From positions 85,190,001 through 85,254,000 of the forward strand of contig CM059432.1 in NCBI GenBank assembly GCA_030390025.1: a DNA stretch of 64,000 bases, read 5' to 3'. The notes under the pieces are model-generated. The model saw only the letters and a program-made list of their open reading frames with translations. It ran no database searches and was not told the origin of the DNA. Shown piece by piece: positions 63,833 to 64,000 of the stretch (positions within the stretch are counted from its first letter, which is position 1; each line of letters opens with the position of its first letter). The position numbers and the translations under genes were made by a program. The stretch comes from Squalus acanthias (lineage: Eukaryota).

Positions 63833-64000
63833 GGGGGAGAAATTCAGTATCGCCCCATTTGGGGCGCAATTATCGGCCGGGCGCAAAGATTAGCGCCTGG
63901 CGCTAATTATCGCCACCGACTGCAAACTTGACTTTTATCGCCCATGGAGGTGATTGGAGCGCTAAACCAGGCGCTTCACACCTGTCTTAAGGCGCAAAGG
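63833..64000. mobile_element. Start of another 35018-family Harbinger (truncated by the window edge)
   Basis: GGGGGAGAAATTCAGTATCGCCCC..., near-identical to 35018 onward; preceded by TAA. Confidence 0.9.

Overview
Repeat-saturated vertebrate genomic DNA, most likely from a shark or other cartilaginous fish (inferred from DeuSINEs of the SacSINE1 type and CR1 LINEs with a zinc-finger plus esterase ORF1). The only host gene visible is the first coding exon of the voltage-gated K+ channel KCNB2/Kv2.2 (47493-48071, +), with a CpG-rich promoter region. The rest is a nested mosaic of CR1 LINEs (one nearly intact full-length copy at 29411-33974), PIF/Harbinger DNA transposons and their MITEs with 3-bp TSDs, L2 and RTE fragments, DeuSINEs and short Penelope-type fragments. 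Three observations stand out. (1) All three CR1 copies that retain the ORF1/ORF2 junction end ORF1 with T_TTA_AAC-stop, a canonical -1 ribosomal frameshift heptamer; in two copies the -1 frame runs straight into the endonuclease-RT ORF2. (2) A 1.6-kb insertion at 3107-4730 is stitched by microhomology from two junction-bearing segments found 30-35 kb away in this same window. (3) There are two intact-looking and one degenerate minimal hammerhead ribozymes in short Penelope-type inserts. All alignments were done by eye, and boundaries of decayed repeats are approximate.
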